NCBI GenBank assembly: GCA_050123235.1
Contig: JASFHL010000003.1
Coordinates: forward strand, 50,077-114,076
Reading direction: 5' to 3'
Source: Candidatus Woesebacteria bacterium
GTDB lineage: Bacteria > Patescibacteriota > Microgenomatia > UBA1400 > PJMF01
DNA length: 64,000 nt
The notes under the pieces are model-generated. The model saw nothing but the letters and a program-made list of their open reading frames with translations. It was not told where the DNA came from and did no database searches. This document shows positions 59,507 to 64,000 of this stretch, in pieces (within the stretch, counting starts at the first letter, position 1; every line of letters starts with the position of its first letter). The translations under genes and the position numbers were made by a program.

Positions 59507-60741
59507 AAAGCATCTTTAACAGCCTTGGCTCTAACTATGATTGGCAATTTGCTAAATTAGCTTTGAGCCAAATATTTAAATCTCAAAAGTCTGCTCTTGC
59601 ACAAAAAAATTTAACTAAGTTGAAAGAATTACTGGAACAAAATTTTCAAGGTCGAGCATTGCTCTTTTATAAAGGACGTGATGCTATTGAATTTACTTTA
59701 GAGGCTGCAGGCATTTCGTCAGGTGATGAAGTTCTGACTCAGGCTTTCACTTGCTATGCAATTGAAGAAGCAATTCTCAGAACTGGTGCCAAGGCAGTTT
59801 ATGTAGACATAGCTAAAAATGAATTAAATCTTTCGGTAAAAACACTCAAACAAGCTTTAGAAAAAGCTAGCAATCCTAAAGCGGTGATAGTACAGCATAG
59901 TCTTGGCACAATAGCTGATATTCTAGCAATTAAAAAATTTTGCCAAGAAAACAAGTTACTATTAATTGAAGATTTAGCTCAAGGTTTGGGAGGAGTTGAT
60001 AATCAAGGAGAAGCTCTAGGTAAATATGCTGATGCAGTAATCTTATCATTTGGTAGGGATAAAATCATAGACACTGTTGCTGGCGGAGCAGTGATTTTAA
60101 AAAATGAGAAAATCAAAGCTCAAGCTCCAAAGAAAACTGGTTTAAAAATACGGTATCTCGTCCGAGATTTATCTTATCCTTTTCTGACATTGCTAATTCG
60201 CCAAACTTATGATTGGAAAATAGGGAAATTAATCCATTTTTTGGCTAAAAAAATTAAGCTGATAAAAAATCCCACTTTGGCAACTAATCAACATTATCTT
60301 CCTATGCCAGCACCCTATGCAGAACTAGCTTTAAAACAGTTTAGTCAATTAAAGCAACAACTTACACATAGAAAAAAAATTGCCCAACTGTATTTCAAGG
60401 AACTAGATGTTTTAGCAAAAAAGGCTCAAATTAGAATCATCACTCGCCAAAAAGATCTAGTACAAGGATCAAATTTGCGTTTTTCTCTCACAGTAGCTGA
60501 ACCACAAAAACTAATCAGTTTTTTAGCTAAAAATAAAATCTATCTAGCTGATCGCTGGTATCGAGCTGCAGTAGATTGTGGTAAAAATAATTGCCAAACT
60601 AGTTATCAAGTAGGGAATTGCCCTCAAGCGGAAAAAATGGCAGCCAGCATTATTAATCTGCCAACTCATCAAAATATTAAAATTAAAGATGCCCAGAGGA
60701 TTGTCCAAACTATTGAAAACTGGACAGTTGATACTAATTAA
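59485..60741 (+). CDS. DegT/DnrJ/EryC1-family PLP-dependent aminotransferase (likely start 59503)
   Basis: GDEVLTQAFTC, LIEDLAQ, SFGRDK, NLPTH. Confidence 0.85.
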   Translation: MGEKRIMKSIFNSLGSNYDWQFAKLALSQIFKSQKSALAQKNLTKLKELLEQNFQGRALLFYKGRDAIEFTLEAAGISSGDEVLTQAFTCYAIEEAILRTGAKAVYVDIAKNELNLSVKTLKQALEKASNPKAVIVQHSLGTIADILAIKKFCQENKLLLIEDLAQGLGGVDNQGEALGKYADAVILSFGRDKIIDTVAGGAVILKNEKIKAQAPKKTGLKIRYLVRDLSYPFLTLLIRQTYDWKIGKLIHFLAKKIKLIKNPTLATNQHYLPMPAPYAELALKQFSQLKQQLTHRKKIAQLYFKELDVLAKKAQIRIITRQKDLVQGSNLRFSLTVAEPQKLISFLAKNKIYLADRWYRAAVDCGKNNCQTSYQVGNCPQAEKMAASIINLPTHQNIKIKDAQRIVQTIENWTVDTN

Positions 60742-60755
60742 AATGATGAAATCAT

Positions 60756-61787
60756 ATGCAAGAACTATCCTGCCAACTAATTGACAATAAAAAAAGCTGG
60801 GAAAACTTTATTCTTTCTAGAGCTGAAGCTAATTTTCTTCAATCAAGCAACTGGGGAGAATTTCAAAAAAAATTGGGAAAAAAAATATTCCCTTTGGGCC
60901 TATTTGAAAATCAAAAACAAATCGCTGCAGCTTTAATCATTAAAGAAAAAGCTAAAAGAGGTAATTATCTTAGCATTGCTGGAGGACCACTTTTGGATTG
61001 GCAGAAAAAGGATGCGTTGGAACAAGTTCAGTTTCTGATAGCAGAAATTAAAAAAATTGCCAAACAAGAAAATTGTCTATTTATCCGTTTTCGCCCACAG
61101 GTAAAAGATTCTCCAGAAATCAGAGCTTTAGTAAAAAAGCTAGCTGCTCAAGAATCACCGATGCACCTCACAGCTGATTTAACACTGCAATTGGATCTTA
61201 ATCAAAGCGAGGAAGAAATCTTGGCTGGGATGAGAAAAAACACTCGCTATGAAATCAGAAAAGCAATCAAAAAAGGTATTACTGTTGAAAATTCTCAAGA
61301 CCCAGCTGAGATTAAAGAATTTTATCAACATCAACTCTATTTAGCAGAAAAGCATAGTTTTGTGCCTTTTTCTTATCAATTTTTATATCAACAATTCTTA
61401 AGCTTTGTAAAAGACGATCAAGTAATGCTTTTTCATGCCTATCATGAGAATAAATTACTTGCCTCAGCTTTTATTATCTTTTATAACAAAGAGGCAGTTT
61501 ATCATTATGGTGTTTCAACAGCTGAAAACCAACGCTTGCCAGGCTCCTATGCCTGCCAATGGGCTGCTATCAAGGAAGCAAAACAAAGAGACTGCCTGAG
61601 GTATAATTTTTGGGGAATCGCCCCTGAAGATCAAAAAAAACATCGTTTTGCTGGCGTGTCCTTATTCAAACGTGGCTTTGGTGGTCAAGAAGTTCAATAC
61701 TTGCCAGCTCATGATATCGCAGTCAGCAAATTTTATTTTGCTACTAAGATGTTTGAAAAAATTAGAAAAAAAACTAGGAAATTATAA
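60756..61787 (+). CDS. FemABX-family aminoacyl-tRNA-dependent peptidoglycan transferase
   Basis: NFLQSSNWGEF, MRKNTRYEIRKA, YNFWGI, GVSLFKRGFGG. Confidence 0.9.
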   Translation: MQELSCQLIDNKKSWENFILSRAEANFLQSSNWGEFQKKLGKKIFPLGLFENQKQIAAALIIKEKAKRGNYLSIAGGPLLDWQKKDALEQVQFLIAEIKKIAKQENCLFIRFRPQVKDSPEIRALVKKLAAQESPMHLTADLTLQLDLNQSEEEILAGMRKNTRYEIRKAIKKGITVENSQDPAEIKEFYQHQLYLAEKHSFVPFSYQFLYQQFLSFVKDDQVMLFHAYHENKLLASAFIIFYNKEAVYHYGVSTAENQRLPGSYACQWAAIKEAKQRDCLRYNFWGIAPEDQKKHRFAGVSLFKRGFGGQEVQYLPAHDIAVSKFYFATKMFEKIRKKTRKL

Positions 61788-61791
61788 GAAC

Positions 61792-63195
61792 CTATTTCCT
61801 TTTTACATCATAACTCTCTAAATGCCTTAAAAAAATTGCTGGTGGATCTTCCAAAAGAAATTGTTGAAACTCCTGGTAAACTGCCAAACGATCTTTTTGT
61901 TCAATTGTCTTTCTACCTTTTTCCAGCAAACTATCAATTCTGGTATTCTTATACTTGGTCAAATTTGTAGGCTGGCTAGAGTGCCATAAAAAATATTGGT
62001 CTGGGTCAGTTGGCGATTCTTGAGCTAATAATAATAATTGAAAGTCAGCAGTATCAGGAAAATTTGTAACTTTAATATTTACTGTAATTTTAATGTTTTC
62101 ACACAAATCTTTATTTTCAACATCATCACTGTTTTGGCAAGCTTCAAATGCTTTTTGACCAAACTCTTCCCATTCCTTTTTCATTTGTTCTGCCTCTTTA
62201 ATAAAACTAATGGTAGTGGTGAGCTTTAAATCCATTTTCTCTGGAGGAAGGGCATCTAAAATTCTCTCAACCGCCCTATCCAAATCTTTTCTATATGACT
62301 TACCACCTTCAAGATAGACCCAAGATTCTGGATCAATGGGACCTAAAGCTCGCTCTTCTCCTTCTGGTTTGCTAATAGCATAAGCCAGAGCCTGTCGAAT
62401 ATTTTTAGCTAAGACCGGATCTGAGTTATTAAAAAAAACAGCTAAATATTTATTTGTTCTAATTTTCTTTTCTACTTCTATATTTGACCAATTATATAAA
62501 TCACTTTCCGTGATAATATCGTTTAAAATATCAACCTCACCTCTTTTAAAAGCTAATATTGCATCAGCTTCTGTTAAATAAAATCTATAAATCAATCTTT
62601 TTTCAGGAAGATCAATCACTAACTCTTCTAGACGGTTAGCTTTTTTCTTATAATCAAGAATTTTGGCATTACCGATTCCAATCAGAGTTGGCCTTTCAAA
62701 AAATAAGAGATGTTTCTGTTTTGCTTCTCTAAAAATTGGTTCTGAAACAATACTAGGAAAAGGAGCAAATGGCTCTGGCAATTTAAAAATTACATCATTA
62801 GCTGTATAGATTGTCTCCACATCTCGAAAATTATATTTTACATCCTCTGGGACCAAATCCTTACCATCTTGCCACTGGATATTTTTTTTAATAATGAAAC
62901 GATAAGTTTTTTCATCATCTTCCAAACTCCAACGCTCAACAAGTAAAGGGTTGACTGTTTTATCACTCAAAATATTAGTCAAACCTAAACTCAAAACTTG
63001 TTTGATCTCTGAAGGCAGAGAATGTAAGTTGTATTCGCCAATTACAGCAATATATTCTTTTTTTTTGATAGTAATTTTTCGAGCGGTAAAAGGAATAATT
63101 AGACTGAAAAATATAATTGCAAAAAGTAAAGAAGCAAAAAGCAGAAAACCATGTTTCTTAGCGTAAGTAGTCAGATACCAATATATTTTTCTCAT
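61792..63195 (-). CDS. ABC transporter substrate-binding protein, family 5
   Basis: IQWQDGKDLVPEDVKY, IRQALAYAI, DPDQYFLWHS, IDSLLEKGR. Confidence 0.85.
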   Translation of the reverse strand: MRKIYWYLTTYAKKHGFLLFASLLFAIIFFSLIIPFTARKITIKKKEYIAVIGEYNLHSLPSEIKQVLSLGLTNILSDKTVNPLLVERWSLEDDEKTYRFIIKKNIQWQDGKDLVPEDVKYNFRDVETIYTANDVIFKLPEPFAPFPSIVSEPIFREAKQKHLLFFERPTLIGIGNAKILDYKKKANRLEELVIDLPEKRLIYRFYLTEADAILAFKRGEVDILNDIITESDLYNWSNIEVEKKIRTNKYLAVFFNNSDPVLAKNIRQALAYAISKPEGEERALGPIDPESWVYLEGGKSYRKDLDRAVERILDALPPEKMDLKLTTTISFIKEAEQMKKEWEEFGQKAFEACQNSDDVENKDLCENIKITVNIKVTNFPDTADFQLLLLAQESPTDPDQYFLWHSSQPTNLTKYKNTRIDSLLEKGRKTIEQKDRLAVYQEFQQFLLEDPPAIFLRHLESYDVKRK

Positions 63196-63241
63196 CTTCT
63201 TAGAAGCTTAAAACTAAAAGTATACAAGGCAGTTGTATAAC

Positions 63242-63457
63242 TTAAATAAGCACCAATGCAATTGAACTAAAGGTAAATAAAATAATTGCTACAATGCTAA
63301 GATAAAAAACTAGCTTTTCTACTCCACGCCTAGTATGATAAGTTTCACCTCCGCCACTCCAACTGCTGCCAAAGCCAGAACCCTGAGCTTGAAGCAAAAT
63401 CAGGCCAATAATTAAAACTGATAAGAGAATTTGAATCAATGGTAAGTAATTTTGCAT
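63242..63457 (-). CDS. secG: Preprotein translocase subunit SecG
   Basis: LILLQAQGSGFGSSWSGG...TRRGVEK with two TMs. Confidence 0.9.
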   Translation of the reverse strand: MQNYLPLIQILLSVLIIGLILLQAQGSGFGSSWSGGGETYHTRRGVEKLVFYLSIVAIILFTFSSIALVLI

Positions 63458-63547
63458 AATGTTATTTTACACTACTCATAGATTAGAATTATTACTAAAT
63501 GAAATTTGGCCCGCATTTACTCAAGTTCTTATTTTTTAATAACTCTA

Positions 63548-64000
63548 TTACTTGGCAACATCCTGAGCTCTTGTCTCTCTAATCACTGTCACTGTCACTG
63601 TACCTGGATAAGTTAAATTAGATTCGACATCAGTTTTAATTTTACCAGCTAAAACAGTTACATCATCCTCTTTAGATTGTTCAGGGGACAGAAGCACCCT
63701 TAATTCTCTACCAGCCTGAATAGCATAAGCTTCCTTAACTTCTTTGTAAGAGCTTGCTATTTTCTCTAATTCTTCTAATCTCTGTACATATTCATCAAAA
63801 TTTTCATACCTAGCTCCTGGTCTGGCTCCAGAAATAGCATCAGCAATATAAACTAAGATTTGTTCAGTGCCAGTAAAAGGTTCATCTTCATGATGCTGGG
63901 CAATACAGTCAATTATTGGCTGCGGCATGCCGAATTTTTTAACAAGCTTGACACCCAATTCAACGTGACTACCATCACCTTCATCGACTACTTTACCTAC
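63548..64000 (-). CDS. rny: Ribonuclease Y, C-terminal part (continues beyond window)
   Basis: IADAISGARPGAR, YAIQAGRELRV, LTYPGTVTVTVIRETR. Confidence 0.93.
   Translation of the reverse strand, partial: VGKVVDEGDGSHVELGVKLVKKFGMPQPIIDCIAQHHEDEPFTGTEQILVYIADAISGARPGARYENFDEYVQRLEELEKIASSYKEVKEAYAIQAGRELRVLLSPEQSKEDDVTVLAGKIKTDVESNLTYPGTVTVTVIRETRAQDVAK

Overview
AT-rich bacterial chromosome window. Gene content (DUF4012-like, FemAB/MurF/DegT cluster, NDT-like regulator, small rpoD) suggests a Patescibacteria/CPR, probably Microgenomates-like, genome; this is inference. Bases 1-18 kb are a tRNA-Asn-anchored island. It holds a ~14.3 kb large-serine-recombinase element (type I RM plus RloC/PrrC-like and HEPN-like cargo) and, further from the tRNA, recombinase-less segments bounded by same-orientation relics of the tRNA 3' end, each followed by an orphan recombinase-tail ORF. 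Bases 18-64 kb are mostly housekeeping and cell-envelope genes. The most striking structure is two GC-rich, Chloroflexota-style secreted-protein genes (34335-36485 +, 44576-45715 -) with the same rRNA-operon-like architecture: consensus sigma70 promoter, 5' hairpin, boxA (GCTCTTTAACA), an 11-nt strand whose exact complement lies just after the stop codon, a long structured leader, a strong SD and a hairpin terminator. Also present: two families of dispersed elements with conserved cores and co-varying inverted arms, a non-canonical tRNA-like gene with G3:U70, and an array of CCWGG-centred palindromes. All product calls come from motif recognition by eye; no searches were run.
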